Origin: the human T2T-CHM13v2.0 reference genome, Homo sapiens
Length of the DNA: 64,000 bases
Assembly (NCBI RefSeq): GCF_009914755.1
Contig: NC_060946.1
Strand: one strand, 5' to 3'
Shown here piece after piece: positions 12,061 to 25,410 of the stretch (positions are counted from its first letter, which is position 1; every line of letters begins with the position of its first letter). Made by a program: the position numbers and the translations under genes. A model generated the notes under the pieces. That model was not told the DNA's origin. It saw nothing but the letters and a program-made list of their open reading frames with translations, and made no database searches.

Positions 12061-13625
12061 GTGATGGGAAAGGCAGCTTCATATCACAAGGAGGCAGACA
12101 GTGATCTGGTGTGGGGAGGCGGCCGGGCCAAGCGGGGCAGAGTAGGCGCTCTGGGAACTCTGCTAGAATCACTCATTCATTCATTCAATCAATTTATTTT
12201 TGGAGCACTTCTTGGAGCCAGAGTAGCTGGTGAACAATAATAATAATAATAATAGGGCCAGGCACTGTGCTAATAAGTCTGCTGAATAACAAGAGTGAGG
12301 AGGAGCCAGAGATAGTTATTGAGAGCTGACTCTACTAGGCATGAACTGCTAGTAGTAGTGACGGCAATAATAAGCATTTTCATTGCAGCAGCAAATCCTT
12401 GAATAGGATTTTGCTGTGGCCCTGCGTGCCCTGAAACTGCTGGGTTTCTGCCATGGACTTGGCCTTTGGAAACAGCCCCCATCTTTGTTGCTGTCTTACT
12501 GACTCACTGGCTTCTCACCCACCAGTGGCTCACTTCCCACATCTGTGTAATGGGTAGTTGGATCTAGATCTTCTCTAAGATGCTTTTGGGTCTTAGGAGC
12601 CTAGGGTGTCTCCTCTGCTTCTGGGGGCCACAGGAATGGTGGCGCCACTTTGGGGGCCTCAGCTGCAATATTGCAGAAGGCTTCAGAGCCCAGCCCTACA
12701 CAGCTCCAGGACAGAGCAAGGGTGACTCTCAGCTCAGACCTTCATAAATTGTGGGACCTTCACCAGGTAGCTTGTCCTCTCTGACGGACAAGTCCTTCAC
12801 CTCTCAATTGAAATAACCCTTCCATCTGCTTCCAGGGCTCCTGTAAGGGAATCACACAGACTCATGGACATAGATGCCCTTTGAAAACCATCTACCTGGT
12901 GGCAGAAGCCATCATGTCTCAAACTTGGACCCACGAACACACCCCAATGTATTCACTTGTCTACTTGCTTTGGTTTTCTCATTTCTACCATAACCCGGAA
13001 AAGGGTTCTAATTGCCTTCTAACCTGGGAGATCATCTTAGAACAAAGGGCTTCCATGTGACTTCAGTGCCTGAGTTGATATTTGCTTTCGCAGTTGTGAG
13101 ATTATTGAGTAAAATCCAAAGGATCTCACAGCGTGGTTCCAATGAAGATTCTGCTGGTGTTCTAAGAGTAGTATGTGATGGAAGAGCTGCCTCATCACGT
13201 AGCAGATGAAAGCACAGTGGCCTCCGCAAGGTCCAGCCCACTGCATCAGTGCCAGACTCACACGTGAGTGGACACTAGACTCCAGCCCTTCACAGGCCAA
13301 TGGGCAATCACTCACTGGCAATGAGGGAGGCAGGCAATATGCAGTGAAAACCTTTCTCTCTTTCTGATGCCTTCAGTAATTGTAATAGATGCTCATTTAA
13401 TGGTGATTTCAAAAATCTGGCTTATGCAAAGCAGACTACCTTCTTGTGTACTCATGTGATGCCTCGTTAAGTTCAGTAGATTAAGTGAAATCTGATTTAA
13501 CTGAGGTCTGATTATCCAGAGCTAACAGGCTAAAGTTTCCCATTCCACATACCGTTTTGACCAATACCCCATTTCAAAAGGCATTCTTTGCTTGGAATTA
13601 TACAAGTTAGAAAACAAAAATAGAG

Positions 13626-14078
13626 TGTGGCAGCCACTGGTACTCTCCTATCCCAAGTCCATTCTTCCCTTTCTCCATAGCGACAGGCCCCTTATTTTAT
13701 CTGAGGTGCTAATACGCTGAGCTAAAATATTTTATTCTCTGTCTCCCTTAGATATAGAGTTGCCAATGCGGCACAAGCAAAGGTTGTTAGGTGGGATTTA
13801 TGAGCAGACTTTTCAAAAGAGATGGGTGTACTTGGGGGGCATGATTCCCTCCTTCTATTTTCTTCTTGCAGGGAGTACAGATGCAATAGCTGGAGCCACA
13901 GAAGCCATATTGTGACCATCAGGCACCTTGAACTTGCTGGCCTCGTGCTAAGGCTCTTAGCGCAGAAGAGTCCGGATATTTCCTGATTACTCTGACACAA
14001 GAGAAAAATAAAACCTCAATTCACTTAAACTGTGGTCTTCTGGGTCTCTTTTATTAGTTGCCATTTCTAACTGATGCA
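13626..14078 (+). mobile_element. MLT1J-like MaLR solo LTR
   Basis: TGTGGCAG...TCCATTCTTCCC...GCTGGAGCCACAGAAGCCATATTGTGACCAT...AATAAAAC...CTAACTGATGCA. Confidence 0.8.
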
Positions 14079-15859
14079 GACTATACATATAGAAGTGGAT
14101 CTAGAATGTCAATCTTTCTATATTAAGCCTGGCATGTGTGGTTTAGACTCAAACAAACAGCATTCATTCTCCATCATATTAAATTAACGTTGATAATTTA
14201 AATTGTATGTTTATGTAGTTATGTTTAGAAGGTGAGGGGGTTTTCTACAAAAATAAGATATAAGAGGTTAATATGTTGATTTACACTGGTATAAATTTAA
14301 AATCAACTGATTTAAGTAACTATTAGGAGCCTCTTCATTTTTGTTCCTTAAAATGGACCCTACATTATTTGAGTTTAAGAAATGCTGGACTCGTGGCCAG
14401 AACTCCTCCCTGCACCCCGTCATGTTGGAGCTAAGCAGGAGAATCAGGAATTCTCATTAGCAGGTGAGAAGATCTCAAGCTGGGAAGTCTAGGGTTTGGC
14501 TTCAAGTGAGAGTGGGGAATAAAAGAAATGCTTTCTTGCATTTTAAAAAACGTTCCCACCCAAGACAAGCCCCAGCAGCATTTGTCTTCTCAGCGTTTCC
14601 TGGCCCAGAGTGAGGCCAGAAAGCAGAAACTACGAAACACCTTCATGAGAGGCTGTTTCTATAGTGTCCCCTGCAAGTACCAGTGCAGGAAAGACACAGG
14701 ACTCAGAGGAAAACCCGCCTGATGAGATTTCCATCTCAGGGCAGATGGAGCTGCTGTGACCAAGAGTGAATCCATCACCTGTCAGGACAGAACTTAGGCT
14801 TCCCCTGTGGCTCCACTGAGCATATCCCTCAGTGGGCCCAGTCTCTGCGTCTGGGCAATGGGACCATGGGTTCAGCAGAGCATCTACTGGGCATCTGTAG
14901 TTTGAAGCAACTCAATAACATATGTTCACACGGGAGGTATCTAAGTAGAGCAAGGGTTGTATCAGAGTTAACTTAGTTTGTTTAAGGTATTCCTTTTCCT
15001 TCCAAAGGGATATTTGTTTCAACCTTTTGTTGCAAATGGCATTTCCAGGCTCCACAGATCTGGGGCCAGGACCACATTTGGATGAATCAGAGCAAATCCT
15101 TGGAGCAGTCGGTGCCTAAGTGCAGATAAATGCTGGAGGCTCAGGCTGAGTCCTTAAACAAGCTCAAGAGTAAAGGAGGCTTGAACCAGTGGAACCATGA
15201 GAACTCAGATCCAAAACAAATCTCTCCCGGCTAATCCCCACAGTAAGGGGAGAGGGTCTTTGCTTTGGAGGGGCTGCGAGTGTGCCAAGCTACATGCTAA
15301 ATCTAATGAAGTCAAGTTTAACAGAAATAAGAGCAAAGTCATCCTGCTGGGTCCAAGAAGTCAATGATGCAAGTCAGAGTGGGGATATTTTTTGTTATTA
15401 TTACAGTGAACATCGAGCATTTGCTATGTACCAGGCATATTGCCAAGCATCTGTGTGTATTATTTCACTCCAAAGAAGGTAGTGGATTTCCCCTGCCAGG
15501 GGCTGAGTCCAGCCAGGTGAAGCCCCAGGGTGTGTGGTGATTGCTGAGTCCTCTGTAACATCTCTTACAACCTGGACTCCCCCGGAATCATTATTTATCA
15601 TTGGTCTCTCCTGCTAGACTGTGAGCCCCACAAGGGCAGAGACTATTTCTAGCTGGTTCACCCTAAATCTCCTGCTTTGAATGGCACCTGGCACATGTAG
15701 TTTCTCAGTTAATCCTGGCTGCACAAATGAATGTGGTAATGAATCAAAGCCAGCCTCTTGGAAAACACCTGGGTCTTCAGTGGCCTGCGAACCTCCATAA
15801 GATCCCCAGACCAAACTTGAATCACATACCTGGCAGTTCTGTCATTCAAGGTGGCTCAT

Positions 15860-16110
15860 GGGTGAAGCATGGTCTTGAGTCATATGTCCTCTGCCTTTGA
15901 ATCTTGTCTCAACCATCTACTAGCTGGAAGGCCTTGGGTATGGGAACCAAGCCTCAGTTTCCTCTTCTGAAAATGGGGATAATAACTGAACTGACTCAGA
16001 GGGAAGTTGTGGAGGATGAAGAAGACTGCATGCAAAGCCCTTACTTAACAGTTTTTGGCATAGAATGGGATGGTTGTGAGCTTGTGTTATAGCTACTATT
16101 ATTTGCATTG
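15860..16110 (+). mobile_element. MIR
   Basis: GCCTCAGTTTCCTCTTCTGAAAATGGGGATAATAA core. Confidence 0.85.
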
Positions 16111-16527
16111 TGAGCTATTGTTAAAGTGAATATGATTCCTAGAGTTGAATTTTTGGATGCAGCTCTAGGATCTTCAGAGCTCCCTGTTCAATTTTACCTG
16201 CCTAGATTTGACCTATTCTCCAATCACCTGAGATCCTTTGAAGTCCTGGGTTTGCCACCTGCTGCCACCCAGCTACCTACCAGTCAGACATCTGGTCATA
16301 GATTCTCTGTGTTCCCCTTTGAATCATCAAAGAAAACGTTTAGAAGTGTACGGTCAAGGCAGAGCCACAAGGGACTTTCTGACGAGGAAGCTACATTTCT
16401 GCAAAGACACAAGCAGTGGTGATAAGTCCAGTGAAATGGAGTTGATCTACAAGGCAAAGGAGTGGCACGGATTTGATCCAAAAGTCCCCAGAGAGGCTCA
16501 AATAATGGCCAACCTTGATCATGACCA

Positions 16528-16700
16528 TCCCGTGTGCCAGGCACTGTGCTAAGTGTTGCTTGTATTTCCTCTCCTTTCATCCTCACAATGACCTGTGAGA
16601 GGACCTCTGCTATTATCCCATTTTAAGCATAAGAAACTGAGGTTCACAGAGCCCAAAGTCACACCAGAAGTGGTGAAGAGGGATCTAGGCACGGTTTTGT
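16528..16700 (-). mobile_element. MIR (donor of a local duplication)
   Basis: GTGCCAGGCACTGTGCTAAG...TATTATCCCATTTTAAGCATAAGAAACTGAGG. Confidence 0.85.
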
Positions 16701-17244
16701 CATTTGAAGTTTTCACCTAAGACTCAAAACATGTCTGACTCAGCACCTTGTATTAGATATTGACTACAGTCTACCCAACTATGGGAGTCAAGGAATCTGG
16801 GGCTCGAAGGATGGATCCCACCTGGGAACTCACCCGCAGCCACTCCCCCGGGCTCTCCTGCACAACAGGCTGTCTTGGGAAATACTGTCTTTCCCAAGCT
16901 GTGTGACTGACTCCCTGGCTTCAGTCAAAAGCCACTTATGTGGATGAAATGACACTCCCCTCCAGGGACCAGCGCAACAATTTGTTTTGGCTGCTTTCAA
17001 AGCCAGGCTCTGGTGAGGGCCTGATTTCCCACCCTGGAGTGACTCAGAGCATCAGGAAAGAATTGAAAGGTTTTGAAGAAGACACAGAGCCTAGCCTACA
17101 TACAGATGTGTCATGCCAGGACGTTTACCACTGTGATCCCTAAGGGTAAGAAAACAGAGACAGCCCATGACTTTGACATAGAGGGTTTCCCATCAGCCAC
17201 TGTTTGCACCTATTTAAAAATATTTACTTTCACTTATTCTCCCT

Positions 17245-17520
17245 TCTGTTTATTTACTTATTGAGCAAATATTTATTGACCCACAACCATGTGCTATGTA
17301 TTTCATCTCCTTTCATCCTTAGGAGGACCTGTGAGAGGACCTCTGCTATTATCCCATTTTAAGGATAAGAAACTGAGCAAGGTCTGTTAATACAGCAAAG
17401 AATAGGATGGCTGTGTCCCTGCCCTGGGGGAGCAGCCAGCCAATCAAAGCAATGGATGGGTAATTCGGACATGCATGGGATTAGAGAAAATACAGGGGGC
17501 CGTACCATCACAGGGCCTCC
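17245..17520 (-). mobile_element. L2 3' fragment carrying an 81-bp inserted copy of the upstream MIR
   Basis: CAAATATTTATTGA...ATGTGCTA [insert] ...ATACAGCAAAGAATAGG...GTCCCTGCCCT. Confidence 0.7.
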
Positions 17521-17529
17521 TAGCATGAT

Positions 17530-17730
17530 TACAGGGTAAATGTTAATGATCTGGGAAAACCCTTATGTGAAAACGTTAAGTGAAAGAACAGGCTACAAAA
17601 TTTTCTATGAAGCGTAATTCTAACTTTATTATAAAAATATACGTGTTCGTGAATAAGGAAAAAGACCGTGAGGAAATACATTAAAATGTCAACAGTGGTT
17701 ATCGCTGAGTTGTGGGAATTAAATATTCTT
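17530..17730 (+). mobile_element. L1ME-type 3' UTR fragment
   Basis: GTTAAGTGAAAGAACAGGCTACAAAA...GGAAATACATTAAAATGTCAACAGTGGTTATC. Confidence 0.65.
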
Positions 17731-17919
17731 TTTTTTTTTTTTTTTTTTTACCTTAATGCAAGGCTCAGATTCTCAACCACAAGTAGGGATTCATTTCATT
17801 TTATAGGTTTATATATGTTTTAATTATAAAAGTAATTTATGCTCTTTGGAAAACTTGAAAGTGCTTAACTCCCCTCTCCCCACTCCAAACCCTATTATTT
17901 AAAAATGGGATGTGCTTCA

Positions 17920-18341
<422 letters not shown>

Positions 18342-18575
18342 CTAAATTATATGTATATATTACATATGTGCATATATATTATATATAAACATATAATTTC
18401 TGCAACTTTCTCCTAATAACATATTTTGGCCATTTCATAACAGTACATGTAAATCTACTCCCATTCTTGTTCACAGCTGAAAGGTATTCCAAAGTATGGC
18501 AGTAGAAAATGTACTAAATCCCCCCAAAATGATGGACATCCTTAAATCAATACCTTTGCACATCTGCACAAAGAT

Positions 18576-18601
18576 CCTCTTTCTTTCTTTCTTTCATTTT
18601 C

Positions 18602-18657
<56 letters not shown>

Positions 18658-18834
18658 TCCTTCTTTCTTTCTTTCCTTCTTTTCTTTCTTTCTCTGTTTT
18701 TCTTGGAGTATTGCTCTATCACCCAGGCTGGAGTGAATGGCACAGTCATGGCTCACTGCAGCCTCGAACCCCTGGGCTCAAGAGATCCTCCCAAGTAGCT
18801 GAGACTATAGGTGCATATCACCACACCCAACTAA
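18576..18834 (-). mobile_element. Single Alu right-arm monomer (FRAM or truncated AluJ) with (TTTC)n tail, inserted in old minus-strand L1
   Basis: TSD TGCACAAAGAT 18565-18575 / TGCACAAATAT 18835-18845; (TTTC)n 18580-18690. Confidence 0.85.
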
Positions 18835-20610
18835 TGCACAAATATTTTAGAGGACAAGTTCCTGCAAGCAGGCTTCCTGGGTGTGGTATATTTGTAATCA
18901 GTCGTTAAATTAGTATTGAAATAACACCCATGATATTTGGGTGAGTGGCAGAATGGGGCTACAAGCTCTGTCAGAACAGGGCAGAAAGTACAAACAGTAC
19001 TTTCTTGGTCCCATTTAACAAATGGGAAAACTGAGCTCAGGGAGGCCAGCTCTTGCCCAAGGTCATGGGTGAGTAGGTGCCACGGCCAAGCCTAGAAGTC
19101 GAGACTAACTCCCATCGGGGCTCTTTTCTCTCCCCAAGGCCCCATCCAATACTCCTCAGCTGGGACTCAAGAGACTTGTGTGAGTCTCTCCCTTCAGGCC
19201 AGTCTGCCTTTGACCACAGCCGGGTTATTGACTGCACTTTCAATGTGTGGCCTTGTGGGTGGAATTACTGGCCCTTAATTGAATTGAAAACAAAAGGAGA
19301 TTGAATTTTATGGGGAGCAGGAGGCCATTGGAGGGAGGAAATCAAATGCAGAACAAGCATGAAAGGTTCCTGGAGGAAGATGAGCTGCAGGTGGGAGTGT
19401 GGGGCTGATGGGGCTGTTTCTGGGTCTAAGGCGGAAGGGAGCTGCCGCATTTAAGGTCAGTCCCTCCCTGTGGGCCCTCTGTTCTCTCACTCCCCTTGTT
19501 CCAACCCGACGCTGTCCTCTGATATGCATCCTGCAGACAAAGAAGCACCCGGATTCCCATGCAGCCAGCTGCAATGGCACTGGCTTTTGATGACTCTGGG
19601 ATCTTGGGTCTGGTTGTCCCAGGCGAGTGAAGGAGGCCAGCTCCTCACTGCAGATGCCCAGCCCAGGGAGAAAGTATGTTTGCATCATGAATTAACTCCA
19701 TGCCTGTTCATAGCCCCTCTGTAAGAAAGACAGAGCAGAGGGTGGGAAACAAGTCCAGGGAGGTTCCGCCACCAGATAGGAGCCATCCGGGACTTGAATC
19801 TGGGGCTCCAACCTTCCAAGCCTAGCACTTTTCCCCCTCCATTGCCCTCCATTCATCTCTCCATGCGGTATGTCTTTCTATGTCTGCAGACTGAGGAACT
19901 TGACAGTTGAGCTCACAGACTATAGATTATTTATTTCTGCTTCCCAAGCTTCAGCTCAGTGCCTTCCACATCCTCGGCCCTTGAGAAGCTTTGCTTAATG
20001 GATATATTTGTGTTTATGGAAATAGATAAATATTCATGGGAGCCAAGACCTTCCAGAGGAGTGGGATGAGGATGGACCAGTCTTTCCACAGAGGCACCTA
20101 CTAACAGAAGAGAGTTTGTGGACATAGAGAGAGGGGTATTTTGGGCAAACGGATGGTGTGAGCAGAATCAAGGAGGCTGGAATCTCAGGGGCTGTTTGAG
20201 GGGAAATAGCAAACAGCATTCTGCTCAGCCAGAGAAGGATGGCAAGAGGTGAGAACTGAAGACCAGTAGAGGCTGGATTGGGAAGATCCCTACATACCAA
20301 GCCGAGGGCCAGACTTTGACTCCAGATTTTGATGCTTAAACTGTCTTTGCAAGGGGCATGTGGCGTACTCTTGTGAGAAAATGGATCCACTGATAAACAC
20401 AGCACATCTTTCTGGTGTGTTAACTAATCTTTTAGGGTTGATTATTCTTACCTACAAGATTTTCAGTCTTGGAGGTGGTTAAGCATGAAGCCTCTGGAGT
20501 GACTACCTGGGTTCAAATCTTCATTACAAGTGCTGGCTATGAGAGCTTGGGCAAGTCACTTCCCCTCTCTTGCCTCCATCTCCTCATCTGCTGGGTGCAG
20601 ATCATCACAG

Positions 20611-21254
20611 AAAAACCTTTACATGCATGTTCGTAGCACTTTATCCACAATAGTCACAAACTGAAAACCACCAGATGTCCTTCGACAGGTGGATAGATAA
20701 AGCACGGTACATCTATACAAAGGAATACTGACCAGCAGCAAGAAGAAATGAATCGTTGATACCTCTAGCCACATGGACGGATCTCAAGGGCATTGTGCTG
20801 AGTGAAAAAAGTCAACCTCAGAGGCTGTATACTGTATAGTTCCATTTATATGACATTCTTAAAGTGACTAACTTATAGTGATGGGGAACAGCTCAATGAC
20901 TTCCAGAGCTTAGGGCGGAAGAAAGCGTAAGTTTATGATAGGGTAACCCAAGGGAATTTTATCGAGGGGAGAGAAAAATTCTGTATTCTCATGCGGTGGT
21001 GGTTGCTCTAACCTAAACATGTGCTAAAATATCATAGGACTATTTTTCTAAATGCATGTACACACTGGATACAAGCTGCATAAGATGTGTGGCATTGGAC
21101 CAAAGCTGATTTCCTGGCTTTGACAATGTACTATGGTCATATAGGATATTATCATCGGAGGATGCTGGGGGAAGGGAACCTGAGAACCCTTTGTCCTGAT
21201 TTTGCAACTTCTTGTGAGTCTTCGACCGTTTCAGACTAAAACATTAGCTTTAAA
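20611..21254 (+). mobile_element. L1MC/L1MD-type 3' fragment inserted into a MIR
   Basis: L1M motifs (GCTGAGTGAAAAAAGTCAACCTCA; TTTTGCAACTTCTTGTGAGTCT); 16-bp TSD GTGCAGATCATCACAG/GTGTAGATCATCACAG; MIR halves at 20470-20610 and 21255-21360. Confidence 0.85.
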
Positions 21255-21479
21255 GTGTAGATCATCACAGTCCCTGCTTCCCCGTGCAGATGACAGGAGA
21301 TGATTTGTAGAAGTATCTGGTACCCCAGTAAGTTTTTGATAAATGTTAGCCAGTGTTACTGTTCACTCTCAGAAAGGAGTAAGGACAGGATTCTGGGAGC
21401 ATTGCTGAAGCTGACAGCAATTCCTGATGGAAACTCTTAAGGCTGAAAGAGGATTCAGATTTAATCTCTCAGGAAAAAA

Positions 21480-21840
21480 AAAAAAAAAGCAAAAGGAAGA
21501 AAGACAGGAAGGAACAACTCCGGTTTGTATATAAGCCTGTGCTGTTCTGTCGAGCAATGCCTCCCAATGCTTTGCAAGTTCCTTGCGCAACATCTGTTAA
21601 TCCCGTGATGTCAAATCCCCAACTCACTGAGCCTGGGAAATCGCTGCTGTGTTTTACTGACTTCCCCACACTTGGCAGCTTCCCTTGGAATTGCAGTGTT
21701 AATCAGAAACACGCGGTCCCTATTGTCAACACTTTGTTTAACCACTTCTATAAATTCAGCATTAGTGTTGGAGCGATCCTGAGTTGATGGATGAAATCGT
21801 CGGCGGCCCCAGACAGCCAAACCCCATAAAACAAAGTCCA
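21480..21840. promoter_or_regulatory. Repeat-free island, candidate enhancer
   Basis: TATATAAG 21528, TTGCGCAA 21583, CTATTGT 21720, TGATGGAT 21785, CCATAAAA 21824; CpGs retained. Confidence 0.45.
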
Positions 21841-22384
21841 GGGCTCAAGGCTCTAAAGCAGGAGACACTTGACATTCACCAAGACACGTGATGCATGGAT
21901 GACTCACCTCTGAGCTTGAAAGAGTTGTGGGTCTCAGGGGAGCAATGGCTCCAGGAGCAGGGGAGAAGTGAGAACACACAGGAGTCTCCTCATGAGACCC
22001 TGTGGGGAGTCTGTCGAAGTCTCTGTCCCCATTGGATTCTGAAAGGAAGCCAGGGAACACGAGGGAATAAAGGAACCTTGAGGAAGAAGGGAGTCCTTGG
22101 GATGGAATGACTGGTCTTCACAGACCAAATAAAGACCTTTCTTTTGAGGCACATGACCTCTTTTGACTGGTGATCACCATATAATGAAGGTGGGTGGGAT
22201 ATATTTATCCCTAGAGTGTGGCTTTCTGCATAATCTTAAGAAGGTGTAGAAGAACTCATCTCCATCTGTCCATCACCTGTCTGGTACCTGCCTGGTGTCC
22301 TGGGGTCCAGCAGGACAAATCTGAGCTCTGCCTTTGCACTTGGGTTGGGACACCCACGGCTGTGAGCCCTGCTTGGGAGGTGTT

Positions 22385-22840
22385 TCCATTCGCTCACTGA
22401 GCACCTTTTGTATGTCAGGCGAGAAGCCAAGGAAACCACAGTAAATGAGAAGGACGTGGTTTCTCTCCTCATGGGCCTCAGAGTCAGTGAGAGAGGTAGA
22501 CACTGGAAAAGGAATTATAGAATTAAATTATGAAATGTGCTCCAAGGAAATACAGAATGCTAGAACAAGGGAGGCCCTGGCTCAGTTTGGGAGATCAGGG
22601 AAGGCTTCCCGAGGAGGTGATATTCAAGTGGTGCCAGGAAGACGACAGAGGTAGGTTAGGAGCAAAGAGAAGGGTTCCAGGCAGAAGGGAAGGCCTCAAG
22701 GCTGGCAGGACCGTGGGCCTTCTGGGGTCCGAGGGATGGTGAGTGGGGTTGGACCCCAGCCCGTGAAGAAGAGAGTGACGTGGAATGAACCTGCAGGGAC
22801 AAGCAGGGACTGGGTTACACAAAGCATGCTCAAAGCTCTT
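22385..22840 (-). mobile_element. L2 fragment
   Basis: CAGGGAAGGCTTCCCGAGGAGGTGATATT...TTCCAGGCAGAAGG. Confidence 0.75.
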
Positions 22841-24624
22841 GAGCCCAGAGGGGAAACCGAGGCACACAATGAGTCAGCGATATCTAGACAGCACTCCATG
22901 AGAAGCAACCCTTGGCTTGGTTGGCCTAAAAGCCAACCAAGATGGTGTCTGTCCACCTCTCCTCTGTCGTCATCCCTGCTCCAGGGAAAGGCCAAGTGAT
23001 TGAAGCATATTTCTCAAGAGTGAGGCCACAGAGACTGCAATCAGCTTTCATCTTCTAGCAGCCTCTTCCTTTGGTCGGGGATGGCCAGGCTCCCAAGGTC
23101 CAGCTCAAGAAGAGACTGAGCAAAGGGTGCCGGCCCTTCTCCCGGCTGCCTCCTCCGTCCCCTCCCCGCAGGCCCACAGCTCTCCATTCCACATCCTGCC
23201 TGCCTTGGCCAACTCTTTCCAAGTGCCTGTTTTTCCAGAAACATGAGTTGAGCAAAACAGCCCCCTCCCTGAACTTGAGTCTGAAAAAATAACCCCAAGA
23301 AACACACGCTTTCTTGGAAAACCCTTCAGAGCCTCCCGCTGCCTTTGGACACGTCAACACTGGGTTAGTTAAAATAATAATCTTTAGGAACTAGAGTTTC
23401 TCTGCCGCCAAATGCCTTGCATAAGAGTATCACACACAACCCCTGTCCCTGACCCAGAAAACCGGGCCATGAGCTAACGTGGCCTGGTATCCAGGGTAAA
23501 GTCACTTGATTTCATTCTTTATTACTTTTCTATTATTATTATTATTTAAGGTATAGATGACTTCCTGAATATTGCAAGGTCTGGAGCAGCTGGACAGTGT
23601 GTTCCAGAGACAGGCTATTTTGAACGAGGCTGTGGTTGAATTTGGGGGACTAGGCTGGAGGTTTTGTGGAGTGTGGAGTCTCTAGATTTGGTGTCCCTTG
23701 AGACATGAATGTCCTGTAGAAAAACAAAGAAGCATCCAGTCTAGCTGACTAGCTGTGACCAGGCAGGGCCAAGCGGTGACCATCTGCCCAGGGCAACGAA
23801 GCTGTCTTCGGTACCTTCCTCGGGTATTTGTAGGAAAAAAATTCACATTTCTTAGCTCAGGTGATGGTGGATGGACCGTTGGGCTCCTGAGCTCCATCCT
23901 GGCCTCCATTGCTTGCCAGCTGTTGTAATTTGAACAAAGGATCTTGCCTCTCTGACCTCTACTTGCTCACCCATAAAATGGCAAAGCTAAGAGATCTCAC
24001 TCAGGGGTTGTAGTTAAGACCCTGTAGGATAAAGTATGTAAAGTGCTTAGCACAGAACCATCACGCTATGTGGTGACAGCGTGACCCTGCGGAAGATGTC
24101 TGCTACCACGCTCTGGGCAGTGACTTGTAATTTCCTCTAAGCAATCTTGGGAGGAGGAGGCTCCTTAAGGAGGTTGCTAAAGAGGGCATGGAATTCTGCA
24201 ACCAGATTCGACTGGTCTCTTACATCTGACCTATGCAACAGCTGGGCTTCCACCATTGAAAGCTCATATATTTTCTGCCTCCAAGAGCCTCCTGTGAGTT
24301 ATCAAACCCCCTAGAGTTGATGGAATATTTATGGACTCAATTAGTTTCTCTAAAGCCTTGATGCCATTCAATTTTTAGATCAATCCAGGGAAGAATGTAC
24401 TACTTGTGTCCCCATTTTACAGATAAGGAAACTGAGTCCCAGAGACTGTACATCGCTTCACTAGCCCTACAGCTAGTGAAAACTGGATGGCTGGGAAATA
24501 AAGCAGAAACTCTGATGCCAGAGGCCCTGAGCTAACCATCAGCTTCCACTGCCTCCCAGTGCATCTTCAGACAAATTTTATTCCCATAGCCTGTGTCAGG
24601 CAGGGGTCTACTTATTGGCTGGCA

Positions 24625-24850
24625 TAAGCACTGGATTCAGTGCCAAGTCCTCATCCCAGCTCTGACCATTCCTCACTGTGTAGCCCTGGGCAAGTCACCT
24701 TCCCCCTCTGAGCCTTCACTCCTTCATCTCTGAAATGGAAATAAAAATAATAATACCTATTCTTAAGTGGCTGGGTTGGGGGACACAAGGAGGCAAGCCA
24801 GGTAAAGCCCCAGACATTTGGGAGGTGCAGCAAATAGTTATCTAAATAGT
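24625..24850 (+). mobile_element. MIR (a minus-strand MIR lies at ~24385-24555)
   Basis: TGGGCAAGTCACCTTCCCCTCTGAGCCTTCACTCCTTCATCTCTGAAATGG. Confidence 0.8.
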
Positions 24851-25410
24851 AGTTCTCTTCTTGTTCCAGGTTGACAGATACACTCATGGCCCAACCACTT
24901 AGAGCAAGTATTTTCGCTCAACCCAATGGAATCTTCCTCCTCCTCCTTTTTCTTTTAAACCTCTACTCTGACGCTAAATCAAAGCTGAGTGCTGGTCCCT
25001 GACAGGTCTTGCCTTCAGCCAGCTGCTGCCAGCAGACGTCCAAAATGCTTTATGGGTCCCCTACCTTTGCAATTAGCACCACGGCCTCTGCAGGATGCAC
25101 AGGCCTGAAGGACAGGCAATGTCCTCCTCTCTCGGTGGCACCAACTCCTAGAACTCAGAGAGCCATTCCATGCCCTTCCTGGAGCCGAAGGAAATCTGGG
25201 TTGCTTCTTTGGACAGCTGGTTACCCCATTCTCAGCTTTGGAGGAGAACACTGGTCTGGGGGTCTGAATGGGGGTGGGTGGGGACAGATCATATCCTTGG
25301 TTTTCAACCTGAATTATTATTATCGTTGTCAACGCCATTGTTGTTGTCATTGTTATTATTTTAGCAGAAGGTTGCTTTTTAACTGAAATCTTCCAGAGAT
25401 TCTGTCAAGA

